From Promethearchaeota archaeon (GTDB taxonomy: Archaea; Asgardarchaeota; Lokiarchaeia; Sigyniarchaeales; SOKP01), in NCBI GenBank assembly GCA_048941285.1, contig JBHLNS010000016.1:1-58657 (forward strand): a DNA stretch of 58,657 bases, written 5' to 3'. Both the position numbers and the translations under genes were made by a program. Numbering within the stretch: position 1 is the first letter of the stretch; each line of letters opens with the position of its first letter. The notes beneath the pieces were generated by a model that saw only the letters and a program-made list of their open reading frames with translations, ran no database searches and had not been told where the DNA came from. This document shows positions 1 to 10,143 of the stretch, piece after piece.

Positions 1-299
1 CCTGTTATTCTATAATAAATCATTTCACTTCCCAACATTAAGCCAATATATTTCTTAGCCTTATTAGGATGCTTTACCACGTCATAGCCATTGACGATTA
101 CAGATCCACTTGTTGGTTGGAGGATTGTACTTAATAAAGACATAAAAGTAGTTTTTCCTGCTCCATTTGGGCCTAATAATCCGAATTTTTCACCCTTAAA
201 TATCTCCAAATTAATATCTTTCAATGCTACAATCTTCTTATGCAAACCTTTAAGATGGTATTCTTTAGAAAGATTAATTGTCTTAATAATAGGCTCCAT
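1..299 (-). CDS. ABC transporter ATP-binding protein (5' part; runs off the window)
   Basis: Not in the ORF track. Manual translation from ATG at 299 gives MEPIIKTINLSKEYHLKGLHKKIVALKDINLEIFKGEKFGLLGPNGAGKTT..., with Walker A GPNGAGKT. Directly downstream of an ABC-2 permease. Confidence 0.92.
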   Translation of the reverse strand, partial: MEPIIKTINLSKEYHLKGLHKKIVALKDINLEIFKGEKFGLLGPNGAGKTTFMSLLSTILQPTSGSVIVNGYDVVKHPNKAKKYIGLMLGSEMIYYRIT

Positions 300-302
300 A
301 AT

Positions 303-1136
303 TTAATACCCCTTAGCTCCTAATTTTTTATAAATAATATTAAACATAAATACACTTAAAATGGGAGCAATAATAATTGAGAAGCCCACAATTAGAAATT
401 CACCAGAATGGTTAATAAAAGTTAATAGAACATTGTTCTCTAACCAAAGTACTCTGACGAGATCTACGAGATAATAAATTGGATTCAAAGAAATAAAATT
501 TTGTACAATATTCGGGAATAATAGAAAAGGATAAGTTATACAACTTAACCAGAACAAAATATCAATCAAAATATCAATAATACCGAATATACTCTCATTT
601 GCGATATGAATCATTGCTAAAAATAATCCAATTGCAGTAAAGACTAATAGAATTCCCAAGAATATTAATAATATAACTAATACTGTAGCAAAAGAGATTT
701 GATATATAATTAATAACGTAATGAAAAATGCTAGAAACGGAATTGCTAGAAATACCATCTCAGATAAAAAATAACCAAATAATAAATAATAGCGATTAAA
801 TGGTGCAACTAAAACTGCTGTGAGTGTTTTCCAATATTGTTCCAATTTCATTTGATTAGGGATATAACTTATTACTTGTTTAAATAATAGTATATTATAT
901 CCAGTAAACACAAAAATTATGTAATTTTGAGAATCCCAAGGGCCAAAATTAACATTATACTCAAAAAATTTTCCCAATACTATAATTGGCATTAATATTG
1001 TTATTATAGGCAAAAAATAATGTATTATTGTTCTTAATTTAAATCGAAGTTTCATATAAATTTGTTTTTCAGCAATTGCTAAAGTTTTTTTAATAATTCT
1101 CTTTACTACTGCCCATCTTAACAAAGTATTTCTCAT
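303..1136 (-). CDS. ABC-2 type transporter permease
   Basis: About six hydrophobic segments, E..WKTL..L.AP motif and LNPIYYLVD motif; adjacent to the ABC ATPase. Confidence 0.85.
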   Translation of the reverse strand: MRNTLLRWAVVKRIIKKTLAIAEKQIYMKLRFKLRTIIHYFLPIITILMPIIVLGKFFEYNVNFGPWDSQNYIIFVFTGYNILLFKQVISYIPNQMKLEQYWKTLTAVLVAPFNRYYLLFGYFLSEMVFLAIPFLAFFITLLIIYQISFATVLVILLIFLGILLVFTAIGLFLAMIHIANESIFGIIDILIDILFWLSCITYPFLLFPNIVQNFISLNPIYYLVDLVRVLWLENNVLLTFINHSGEFLIVGFSIIIAPILSVFMFNIIYKKLGAKGY

Positions 1137-1334
1137 TTCCTTTAACCTAAAAATATTTCAAAATTAAGTGAGATAATTAAAATTAAAATAAATTGTATTT
1201 TATTCTTTGATTCACATTTTTATAAATTGCTAAAAATGTTTCTTTATACTATTTTATTAAAGGAGTTTGAGTAATATTAGTAGATCAAATCTGATTTAAT
1301 CTTAATTCACAAAACCGTAATTATTTAACGCGCT

Positions 1335-1865
1335 TTACCTAGAAAACACATTTTTAATCATTTTTTCTGTTAAGTTTAAGAAAGCTGCTTCTACTTTTTC
1401 ACCTGTTTTTGCAGAGGTTTCAACATAGAACGTTTGTTCTTTTTTAGCAAATATTTCAGCATTCTCTCTTTCATAGAATTCATCTCTTTTATCAATTAGA
1501 TCTGCCTTGTTTCCAATCAGTATAAAAGGAATGTTTTCACCAGCATATTCACGTAAATTTGATAGCCACTCATCAAGTTCTTCAAATGTATGCCATCGTG
1601 AAAGATCGAATACTATTAATGCTCCATTTGCTCCATTAATAAAACTTGGACGTAAAAATTTATATCTATCTTGACCACCAATATCCCAAATCTGTAATTT
1701 TACTGTCTCATTATTTGTTTTAATTATTTTTGAAATAAAATCTGCGCCTATAGTTAGTTTATATCTGAATGAGAATTTATTATCCCCAAATCGATGAAAT
1801 AGTGATGTTTTACCAACAGCTCCAGGGCCTATCAAGATTACCTTAAAAACATAGAGATGTGACAT
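1335..1865 (-). CDS. Rab-like small GTPase (Ras superfamily)
   Basis: G1 GPGAVGKTS, G2 TIGADF, G3 WDIGGQ, G4 NKAD, G5 ETSAK; no C-terminal Cys prenylation motif. Confidence 0.95.
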   Translation of the reverse strand: MSHLYVFKVILIGPGAVGKTSLFHRFGDNKFSFRYKLTIGADFISKIIKTNNETVKLQIWDIGGQDRYKFLRPSFINGANGALIVFDLSRWHTFEELDEWLSNLREYAGENIPFILIGNKADLIDKRDEFYERENAEIFAKKEQTFYVETSAKTGEKVEAAFLNLTEKMIKNVFSR

Positions 1866-2043
1866 ATATTAAGACCATAAATATATTAAATAACATTACT
1901 TTTTTATGACAAGAGTTTTCCATTATTATTTTTTTCTAAATACTTAATCTCAATTTGTTATTTAAATATTTTCCAAAGCATTGAGTTTAAATAATAATTC
2001 TTTTCTATCTCGAAACATTAAAAATTAAAGAATTTATATAATT

Positions 2044-2856
2044 TCATTCCCTCAAGAGGTAATACTTTTTTCCATACCTTTTAAATAATTTAGTGCCCCC
2101 TCCTTCTTGTAGAATACGGAGAGTAGCATTTGTATCAAAGATTTCCATTCCTCCTACAATTTCAATACCATAATCAAATAAAATATCTGGTATCATACTG
2201 GCAGTAGGGCCAATTAAAATAATTTTTCGAGCCTTTCTCTTGAATATTTCTAAGATAGACTCGAGAGAATTATTTATTAATGTAGTTCCTGTACAGAATA
2301 GGATATCAGTAGATAATTTCTCTTCCCTTAATTGACTGATATTCTGTTTAAAATTGAATTGATTAAACTCCGGTGAACTTGATATTGTTTCTTCAATTAT
2401 TGTTATATTTTGAGTTATTTTACTCAATTTTCTCACCATAGGCTTAATTAAACCAATAAATGTTAGTACAGAGCCTTTAGTAATTCCTAAATGATCAATC
2501 AAATTTACTTTCAGTCTTTTATAGGGATTCATTATATGTAGGATATGTTGAGAAACTCCATTTAAAGTTGCAATGCCAACGATTTTTTTGATACTTGAAG
2601 CTTCAAATGACCAGTTTAATAGCTCACTCAGAGGTCTATCGGTAAGATTTCCAGCAAAATTAATCTTATTGCAATCAGTAGCATTAAGAACGCTAGATAA
2701 AGTTGATGCTAATCCTAAAAAAGGTTCATAAGCATATGCAGTAATCTCAACTCCTGTATAACCTAATCCAATAATCACTCTTGTAACTTTTGGAGGTACA
2801 ATCTTATGGATTCTATAAATTTTTTTAACTAATTCAACAGTTTTTTCTAGAATCAT
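2044..2856 (-). CDS. DUF364/DUF4213 Rossmann-like putative metal/pterin-binding protein
   Basis: GIATLN, DILFCTGTTLINNS, IGPTASMIP and GGG motifs typical of the family. Confidence 0.8.
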   Translation of the reverse strand: MILEKTVELVKKIYRIHKIVPPKVTRVIIGLGYTGVEITAYAYEPFLGLASTLSSVLNATDCNKINFAGNLTDRPLSELLNWSFEASSIKKIVGIATLNGVSQHILHIMNPYKRLKVNLIDHLGITKGSVLTFIGLIKPMVRKLSKITQNITIIEETISSSPEFNQFNFKQNISQLREEKLSTDILFCTGTTLINNSLESILEIFKRKARKIILIGPTASMIPDILFDYGIEIVGGMEIFDTNATLRILQEGGGTKLFKRYGKKYYLLRE

Positions 2857-2958
2857 ATAATTAGATATTATCTTTAAGGATCATTTAAATTCGTTTAAAT
2901 AAAAAAATTGCTTAATTAAAATTAAAAATAATTTTCTATTAAAATTAGTGAATTTACT

Positions 2959-3342
2959 TTGAATTATATTATCATCAAAAATGAGAAAATAGGAGAAGTT
3001 AAAGCTAAGTTATTACTGGATAAAAACCCTAAGACATGTAAAGCAATTTGGGATTCTCTTCCATTTGATATTAATTTATCAAGATGGGGTGAAGAACTTT
3101 ATGGGGATTGCCCTGTATCAATTCCGTCAGAAAACTCTCAAACAGAGTGTGAAAGTGGAGATGTTGGTTATTGGATAAGTGGTCAAGGATTTTGTATTTT
3201 TTGGGGCCCAACTCCTGCGAGCTCAGGAGATAAACCTGTTGCTGCTAGCCCCGTCAATATTTTTGCTAGAATTGAAGGGGATGCTAAAGCTATATTTAAT
3301 CAATTTACTTCTTTTCAAGGAAATGTAAAAAAAGGGCAATGA
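2959..3342 (+). CDS. Cyclophilin-like fold protein (DUF369-type)
   Basis: PKT..I..SLP, WGEELY, GDVGYW, FCIFWGPTP, ASPVN motifs of the archaeal cyclophilin-like family. Confidence 0.8.
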   Translation: MNYIIIKNEKIGEVKAKLLLDKNPKTCKAIWDSLPFDINLSRWGEELYGDCPVSIPSENSQTECESGDVGYWISGQGFCIFWGPTPASSGDKPVAASPVNIFARIEGDAKAIFNQFTSFQGNVKKGQ

Positions 3343-3448
3343 AAATCATAAGTTTTTTTTCGATTTATTAATCACCTAAAAAAGAAAATTTTCTCAAAAA
3401 AGGATATCAATAATTATAACCAGTTAATAAAAAACTAATAAACACTTT

Positions 3449-3997
3449 TTAGATTTCAATTTCAGAATTTTGAATATTTTTTATTATTAATCGAGTAAGT
3501 TGTACAAACGCTTTTTTAACATTTTCCCCTGTTTTAGCAGAAGTTTCTATCAAATTTGTATTAATATTATTAATAAATGTCCCAATTATCTCCCGATCTA
3601 TTATATATCCTATTTCAGAGATTATATCTTTTTTATTTCCAATAATGATTTTGGGTACGTCTTTTTTGATAGTTTGGTACAAATCTGAAAACCAATCTTG
3701 CATTTTATAAAATGTTTGTTCTCTCGAAAGATCAAAAACTAGTAAAGCTCCTTGCGCACCCTCATAAAAATTTCTACGCATTACCTGAAATCGATCTTGT
3801 CCTCCTATATCCCATATACTAAGTCTAGCATATTTCGTTGGCTCATATTCAACAAGTTTAGACATAAAATCTACGCCTAAAGTGAATTGATAATCGGTTG
3901 AAAAAGCATTATCAACAAATCTACGAATCAATGATGATTTTCCAACTGCTGCTGGACCGATAATAATGATCTTGAAAGTATATTCAGCGAATTCCAA
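3449..3997 (-). CDS. Rab-like small GTPase (Ras superfamily)
   Basis: GPAAVGKSS, TLGVDF, WDIGGQ, NKKD, ETSAK; no CAAX/CC tail. Confidence 0.95.
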   Translation of the reverse strand: MEFAEYTFKIIIIGPAAVGKSSLIRRFVDNAFSTDYQFTLGVDFMSKLVEYEPTKYARLSIWDIGGQDRFQVMRRNFYEGAQGALLVFDLSREQTFYKMQDWFSDLYQTIKKDVPKIIIGNKKDIISEIGYIIDREIIGTFINNINTNLIETSAKTGENVKKAFVQLTRLIIKNIQNSEIEI

Positions 3998-4152
3998 TGT
4001 ATCCTTTGCTTTTTTTTAACTAGTTAATAAATAGATCTTTAATAATTAATAGATTACTCTTAATTAAATTTGAGGGTAAAAAGAAGGGAATGATCAAACT
4101 TTTATTGTATCAACATGTATTGTTGAATCTTCCGACACTTTAATTTATAATC

Positions 4153-4767
4153 TCAATTTTTACTTTTTCCCTTTTTCCTTTTATAGATAAGATATCTCTT
4201 AAAAATTAAGACTCCAAAACTCAAGATTATCATTATAGTAAAGATAATAAGGATACCTGTATTTTGGAAGTCTGTACCTATAAGAACCCCGTGAACGTAT
4301 GCAAGGAATAAAGCTATATAATTTAGGATATGTATGAATCTCCAGCCTTTTATGATCTTTTTCCTTAAGAGTGCACCCAGAACTGCAAGGTAAATTAAAA
4401 TAAGAGCTAACCGACCTCCTAAAGACCAGAAACCATACCATGTAGTAAAATCTGGTATAAATACCGTTATATCTAACCTAAAAATTGCAAATGTTACTGG
4501 GTGGAGTGTAATTAATACAAGTCCGGTAATTGAATAGAGATGATGTATCTTAACAAACGGTTTGCCAAAAATTTTATACAATTGAACTACAAATGGAGTC
4601 ATCATCGTTGCTATAAACATCGATGTAAATCCAAAAAGAGCTCCAAATCTAATAATAAAGTTGTAAGCATCTGTGAATGGAGTTAAAAGAAACAACACTA
4701 AAATAAGAATATACAGACTTAAAGTCGGTATAATAATATATAATGCTTCTTTTTTTGGGGGGGGCAT
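4153..4767 (-). CDS. Ferric reductase-like transmembrane (heme b) domain protein
   Basis: About six TM helices with paired His (KIHH...LHP; WRFIH...YVHG) as in ferric reductase/MsrQ membrane domains. Confidence 0.75.
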   Translation of the reverse strand: MPPPKKEALYIIIPTLSLYILILVLFLLTPFTDAYNFIIRFGALFGFTSMFIATMMTPFVVQLYKIFGKPFVKIHHLYSITGLVLITLHPVTFAIFRLDITVFIPDFTTWYGFWSLGGRLALILIYLAVLGALLRKKIIKGWRFIHILNYIALFLAYVHGVLIGTDFQNTGILIIFTIMIILSFGVLIFKRYLIYKRKKGKSKN

Positions 4768-4891
4768 ATTTTATGATATACCTAAGTATTTTTAATATTA
4801 GGTGTTATAATTTAAAGATTCTATTTAAAGTTTTTATTTGATTTGTGAATATCAAAATATAATTAATATATTATCACTGTAATATTAATCA

Positions 4892-4913
4892 TCGTGAAAG
4901 ACGGGTTTCACGA
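4892..4913. terminator. Hairpin TCGTGAAA-N6-TTTCACGA (possible terminator or operator)
   Basis: Perfect 8-bp inverted repeat just 3' of the 4922..5272 gene; function uncertain. Confidence 0.3.
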
Positions 4914-4921
4914 AGATCTAC

Positions 4922-5272
4922 TTATATCTGTGATATCGTAGTTCTAATACTATCCTCAAGCATCTCACAGATTTTTGCTAACCCATCTATTGAATCTAAA
5001 AATTTATTTTTCTTCTTTTTAAATTTCTCAATTTTTTTTAGTTGATTTTTTTCGAGGATAAAGTTTTCTTTTTCAATTATTTCTTCATACAAATTAGGCA
5101 AAATCTCTACATTAGCTTTTATTTCAGCAATGTCTAATCGACTGTTTTTTAATACAGAAAGCCATTCTTTATTGTTCTGGTTTTGTTGTTGAGAGATTCT
5201 TTCTTCCAACTTATCACTAAGTTGTTCTAATTGTAATACTTTCCTTCTAAGATCTTCAAATTGTTTTAACAT
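4922..5272 (-). CDS. Hypothetical all-helical/coiled-coil protein
   Basis: 116-aa charged amphipathic ORF filling an otherwise empty interval. Confidence 0.6.
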   Translation of the reverse strand: MLKQFEDLRRKVLQLEQLSDKLEERISQQQNQNNKEWLSVLKNSRLDIAEIKANVEILPNLYEEIIEKENFILEKNQLKKIEKFKKKKNKFLDSIDGLAKICEMLEDSIRTTISQI

Positions 5273-5408
5273 AACATCAAGATGATAAAAGACATATATT
5301 ATCCAAATAATATAATGTGACTTATCTTATAAATTATTGAAGAAATATTTTGATGAGCAAATAAAGAATATTTAGTTGATTCACAACTACAATATCGACT
5401 ATGTTATT

Positions 5409-5960
5409 TTATGTTTTTTCAATTATTGGAATATAAATATCCACTAACATTTTTTCTATATCCTTTTCAGAATGATTAAGAAAATTTTCTAATCCGATTA
5501 TACCATGTTCAATAATTTCTTTACTATAATATTTTATCAATCCTTTCCATTTTGGATGGAAATTATATTTCTCATTGTTTTTTATCCAATCAAATACGTA
5601 TTTCCACCCTTGACTAATATTCATAGCACTTTTTATAGAAATTACTGCATAGAATCCTCCACCAACTTTCTTTATTTTTAGATCACCTTCTATTTTATAA
5701 TCCTCAGAGATAGTTATCCAAACTTCATACCCATAAGGTTTTTCTTTAGAAGCATACTGTTCTCCTTTTTCATTGACTTGTGGAACGGGATTATCAAACC
5801 CAAAGATTTGATGTTTTGAAGGATCTATAGAAAGACCATTATCTTTTATCCATTCTTCTAACATTTGAAGCGCTTTAATTTCCGGATCACCAATGAATTC
5901 CCCCCAAGAATGGAAACTTACAACCTTAATATCAGGCAGCTTTACAATTTTAACGAACAT
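5409..5960 (-). CDS. GyrI-like effector-binding domain protein
   Basis: IFGFDNP, YGYEVWITI, GGFYAV, W..V.DW and DIYIPI motifs. Confidence 0.8.
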   Translation of the reverse strand: MFVKIVKLPDIKVVSFHSWGEFIGDPEIKALQMLEEWIKDNGLSIDPSKHQIFGFDNPVPQVNEKGEQYASKEKPYGYEVWITISEDYKIEGDLKIKKVGGGFYAVISIKSAMNISQGWKYVFDWIKNNEKYNFHPKWKGLIKYYSKEIIEHGIIGLENFLNHSEKDIEKMLVDIYIPIIEKT

Positions 5961-6249
5961 TCTGTTTCACCTAAAAATTATCATAAATACATTTGGACAT
6001 ACTTAATATATTATTAATTCAAATAGACTTTTTATTTTATAATTTTTGATCCTAATTTAGAATGATAGTTTTATCTTAAATCAAAATATGTATATTAATT
6101 AGATGTTCGAAAATGATGATTAATGTGGTTTGAGTAACTAATACCGTTTTTTTACAATGATAATGGAGCAGAGATCTGATTTCGAGCATCTTAAAACTAT
6201 TTTTCAGAATTATATTAACGCATTAATATGTGAATATTTCAATCGAAAA

Positions 6250-6798
6250 ATGAATTATAGGGAAGCTGATGTATCCGATTTAAAGGGAATAGTTAAAGTC
6301 CAAATAGATACTTGGAAAAAAACATATAATGGAATAGTATCGGCAGATTATCTTCAAGGATTATCTTATGACGATAAAGAACAAAATTGGAAACAACGAT
6401 TAGAAAATCCCACACATGGAGCTAAGATTTTTGTCGCTGAAACTGAACAACAGGGTATTGTGGGCTTTGCTTTAACAACTCTTGAAAAATACAATCCTCT
6501 TTTGGTTTCAATCCAACCTGATAAATTTGTTGGAGAATTATGCGCGATATACGTTTTAAAAGAATTTCAAAATAAAAAGATTGGAACACAATTAATTAAG
6601 TTAGTAATAGAATATTTACTAAAGAATAACATAAAGAGTATGATCGTTTGGGTGTTAAAACAAAATCCTTATTACAGATTTTATGAAAAAATGGGAGGAC
6701 AATATATAGGAGAGCAATCTATCGAGATTGGTGGAAAAAAATATATTGAAAAAGCTTATGGATGGGAGAATATTGTCTCTATTTTTTCAATCCAGTAA
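6250..6798 (+). CDS. GNAT family N-acetyltransferase
   Basis: ELCAIYV, FQNKKIGT acetyl-CoA motif, VWVL..NP..RFYEKMGG. Start moved from 6157 to ATG 6250 (MNYREA), which fits a typical GNAT N-terminus. Confidence 0.88.
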   Translation: MNYREADVSDLKGIVKVQIDTWKKTYNGIVSADYLQGLSYDDKEQNWKQRLENPTHGAKIFVAETEQQGIVGFALTTLEKYNPLLVSIQPDKFVGELCAIYVLKEFQNKKIGTQLIKLVIEYLLKNNIKSMIVWVLKQNPYYRFYEKMGGQYIGEQSIEIGGKKYIEKAYGWENIVSIFSIQ

Positions 6799-6913
6799 TA
6801 ATTTTTACAAAAAATAACTCTATTGTGTGAAAATTTATATACGACTAAGGAGATATTTAGGATAATATTTCATCTAAATTATTATAAACAAAATTAAAAC
6901 GAGTTATAGAGTT

Positions 6914-7876
6914 ATGGAAATTCAATATGGCAAAATGATTTTACATGGAATTCTTTCTGCTATCTTTTATCTCGTTGTTCCTCTTCTTCTATTATATTTT
7001 CTTGAATTATACGGTATATTGACTGTTTCGGATACATATAGAATAGGTATTATTGTATTTGGAGTTATAGGTATAGTTATCTCTATTTTAAGACATGCAT
7101 TTCCAGAAGATACTCCAGCAAATCGTCTGGTTCGATTCGGAGTCACAGTCTATTCTGGAATTTTCCTTTTCTATATTTTTGGAGGTTTTGAACCGGGAAG
7201 AAAGTTAGGGTCGTATTATATAGATATATCATACCTTCAAGTTTATTTAGGATTACAAGTAATAGCTTGGTTACTTTTAGGATCAACTATCATTAGAGGA
7301 TTAAGATACTTAGTAGAAGCTATAGAATTAAGTAAAAAGAAAGAATACCGAGTGAAAGTCAAAAGAGAATTTAAAGTGAGCAAAATCTTTAAAGTTCTAG
7401 GAATAATTGCTAGTCTTGTTGTAGTAGGATATTTTGGGAGTATAATTTTTAGTGGATTAAATCTTAGAGTAAATCTTCATGATACATTTCCCCCTCCTGA
7501 TCATGATGATGGAGGAACTCCTGGAGTTTATGGAGATGATTCCTTGATTGTTACAATTCCTTTTGATGTAAGCAATATGGGTTTATATGCAATTTATAAT
7601 GTAATTTTAAATGCTAAAATTCATGTGGTAACTAGCAGTGATCCCGTTCTACTTCCTTTCGATACAACGATAGGCAGTTCTCCAGTTCCATATCAAAACA
7701 CTTTTCATTCATTTACAAATACTATTAATCAAAATATTAATGTAAGTATTGGTACTGCTTACATAGAAGGATTATTGACTGAAACTGCTAATTTATTATT
7801 TATAATTACCTTTTCTACGTTGTATGCTTTAATTTTCATTAATTTAACTGTTTCACTGCCAATTTCTTGGCCATAA
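6914..7876 (+). CDS. Hypothetical membrane protein with C-terminal beta-rich extracytoplasmic domain
   Basis: About five TM segments followed by a beta-rich region (PFDVSNMGLYAIYNV). Confidence 0.65.
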   Translation: MEIQYGKMILHGILSAIFYLVVPLLLLYFLELYGILTVSDTYRIGIIVFGVIGIVISILRHAFPEDTPANRLVRFGVTVYSGIFLFYIFGGFEPGRKLGSYYIDISYLQVYLGLQVIAWLLLGSTIIRGLRYLVEAIELSKKKEYRVKVKREFKVSKIFKVLGIIASLVVVGYFGSIIFSGLNLRVNLHDTFPPPDHDDGGTPGVYGDDSLIVTIPFDVSNMGLYAIYNVILNAKIHVVTSSDPVLLPFDTTIGSSPVPYQNTFHSFTNTINQNINVSIGTAYIEGLLTETANLLFIITFSTLYALIFINLTVSLPISWP

Positions 7877-8006
7877 ACAAATCAATAATTTTCATTTTTC
7901 TTTTTTTATATTTCTTTTCTTTTAGGTTTCTCCAAATTCCACAATTTGATAAATTGTTAAATATGCTTAGAAAAATATCTTAAGCGAATAAATTTTATTA
8001 TTTTAT

Positions 8007-8819
8007 ATGGAAAATTATAATACTATAACACAATATGCGAAACAACAGTATAGGACAAATGAAAACTTGGATAACAGGATAAATCTATGGTCATTCGGCA
8101 CAAATCCAGAATCTTTGGCTAATTGGATTTTTGGGAAGATTAAAATCCAAGAAAATGAGCGTATATTGGAGCTTGGATGTGGAACAGGGCAATTATGGGT
8201 TGAGAATATCAGGAAAATTCCCCCAAATTGTTCTATAGTATTATCAGATTTTTCAGAAAATATGTTAAATACTGCGAAAAAAAATTTAGCCAATGTAAAA
8301 TGCCCAATTAAATTCAAAATTATAGATGCCGAGAATATTCCTTATCCAAATCAGAGTTTTGATGTTGTCTTGGCCTGTCATATGTTATATCACGTTCCAT
8401 ACATTGAACGGGCTCTTTTATCAATAAATCATGTATTAAAACGTAATGGTAGATTCATTTCGACCACAGTTAGCCGAAATCATATCAAGGAACTGAAGGA
8501 TTTTTTATCTCAGTTCGATTTAGATATTGAAATGAAAAATACATTCTTTAGTGAATTTAGAAATGAAACAGGGAAAGAAATTTTAGAACGTTTTTTCGAT
8601 GAAATTGAGTTATTTGAGTATATTAATCCTGTAAAAATTTCCTCTGCAGACCCCATAATGAAATATATTGAATCAATATTCCATAAAGATTATTACCCTC
8701 AGTTTCAAGAAATAAAGCCTGAGATTGAAAAGGCATTCATAAAAATTATCAAAAAAGATTCAGTATTCAATATGAAAGGGATTTCTGGATTATTTCAAGC
8801 AAAAAAGCCAAAAAACTAA
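8007..8819 (+). CDS. Class I SAM-dependent methyltransferase
   Basis: ILELGCGTG motif I, DFSENM, FDVV..HMLYHV. Confidence 0.9.
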   Translation: MENYNTITQYAKQQYRTNENLDNRINLWSFGTNPESLANWIFGKIKIQENERILELGCGTGQLWVENIRKIPPNCSIVLSDFSENMLNTAKKNLANVKCPIKFKIIDAENIPYPNQSFDVVLACHMLYHVPYIERALLSINHVLKRNGRFISTTVSRNHIKELKDFLSQFDLDIEMKNTFFSEFRNETGKEILERFFDEIELFEYINPVKISSADPIMKYIESIFHKDYYPQFQEIKPEIEKAFIKIIKKDSVFNMKGISGLFQAKKPKN

Positions 8820-8827
8820 AAATTGCA

Positions 8828-9652
8828 TTAAAATTTCTTATGAGCTCTAATCGAAAACATCATTGGAATAGAGAACTTATAATTTTCGAATTCCCAATAA
8901 CCATCTTCTCTTCTTTTCATATTAGGGTGTATACTAAAAAATGTAAAGGGAAATTCATGAAGAAACTCTATTATTAAATTTGCGTTAATTATAGCATTTA
9001 TTATATCACTTATAGGATGATCCCATTGATAAGAAGCTTGATTTTTTAATTCTGCTGAAAGATCTGCATACGCTCCTCCCTCATCAAAGTAAACTGGTTT
9101 TCCCTCAGAAAAGTAATTAAAACCCACTTTAAAGGGCTTCTGTTTATCATCAACTATAAAACCAAACGGATGACCATCGATAATATAGAAAACTCCACCA
9201 GATTTTAAACTATTACTAATAATTTGAGCCCATTTAACTAAATCCGGTAACCAACAAATAGTTCCATACGAAGTAAATACAATATCAAATTTTTCAGTTA
9301 ATATATTTGGTATATCATACAAATTTGCGTGGATGAATCTCGCAGGGATATTAAGTTCACTACTTAAACACTTTGCATAATTAATCGCTTTATCTGAAAA
9401 GTCTACTCCTGTTACATTAGCACCTAATCGCGCCCAGGAGAGTGTATCCATCCCAAAATGACATTGCAAATGTAATAAAGATTTCCCCTTTACATTTCCT
9501 AGTTCTTCAATCTCTATAGGAAATAAAGATAATTTTCCCGATTTAAATCCTTCTAAATCATATGATTTAGCTTTAGCGTTAATATCCACAAGTTCATTCC
9601 ACCTTCTTAAATTTGTTTCAAAATATTTATCGTCATTCAAAATTATAACCAA
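8828..9652 (-). CDS. Class I SAM-dependent methyltransferase
   Basis: LHLQCHFGMDTLS subfamily motif, FDIVFTSYG..WLPDL. Confidence 0.9.
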   Translation of the reverse strand: MVIILNDDKYFETNLRRWNELVDINAKAKSYDLEGFKSGKLSLFPIEIEELGNVKGKSLLHLQCHFGMDTLSWARLGANVTGVDFSDKAINYAKCLSSELNIPARFIHANLYDIPNILTEKFDIVFTSYGTICWLPDLVKWAQIISNSLKSGGVFYIIDGHPFGFIVDDKQKPFKVGFNYFSEGKPVYFDEGGAYADLSAELKNQASYQWDHPISDIINAIINANLIIEFLHEFPFTFFSIHPNMKRREDGYWEFENYKFSIPMMFSIRAHKKF

Positions 9653-9698
9653 ATCAAATTTATTTTAATTGTAGAAGTAGATTCAATAATAAAATTTA

Positions 9699-10142
9699 TT
9701 ACTTGATTTTATACATAATTTTGTAAAGCTCTTCTTTAGTTCTTACATTTCCAACTACAACACAATTATTAATTGGAATATTTTTACAACTCAGAATACT
9801 ATTTTTTCCAACAATACAATTATCTAATTTTATGTTTTCACCAATAACAGCATTTTCAAATATAATAGAGTTTGAGATTTCTACATAATTATTTATTTCG
9901 ACATTTTTTGCTATGTAAACATTTGGTCCTAAGAGAACATCATCCCCTATTGATACTTTTTCTTCAAGATAGACAGGTTCTATAAAGGTAGGATAATCCC
10001 CAATATAAGAATCAATTTTATTCTGATTCAGATGATTTCTTAAGAAATTATCTAGCAGAGTCTTAATTTGACTTTGAGAATTTAACTCTAAACTGCTTAT
10101 AATCTTTTCAATTTCTTTTAATTGTTGTTTCACGGTTTTCAC
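9699..10142 (-). CDS. Stand-alone left-handed beta-helix (hexapeptide repeat) protein resembling NDP-sugar pyrophosphorylase C-termini
   Basis: PVYL...IGDDVLLGPNVYI...ISNSIIFENAVIG repeats; no nucleotidyltransferase domain. Confidence 0.7.
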   Translation of the reverse strand: MKTVKQQLKEIEKIISSLELNSQSQIKTLLDNFLRNHLNQNKIDSYIGDYPTFIEPVYLEEKVSIGDDVLLGPNVYIAKNVEINNYVEISNSIIFENAVIGENIKLDNCIVGKNSILSCKNIPINNCVVVGNVRTKEELYKIMYKIK

Positions 10143-10143
10143 T

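Noticed and set aside
91-306. 71-aa plus-strand ORF
   Set aside because: Antisense shadow of the ABC ATPase gene on the minus strand (Walker A is in the opposite frame).
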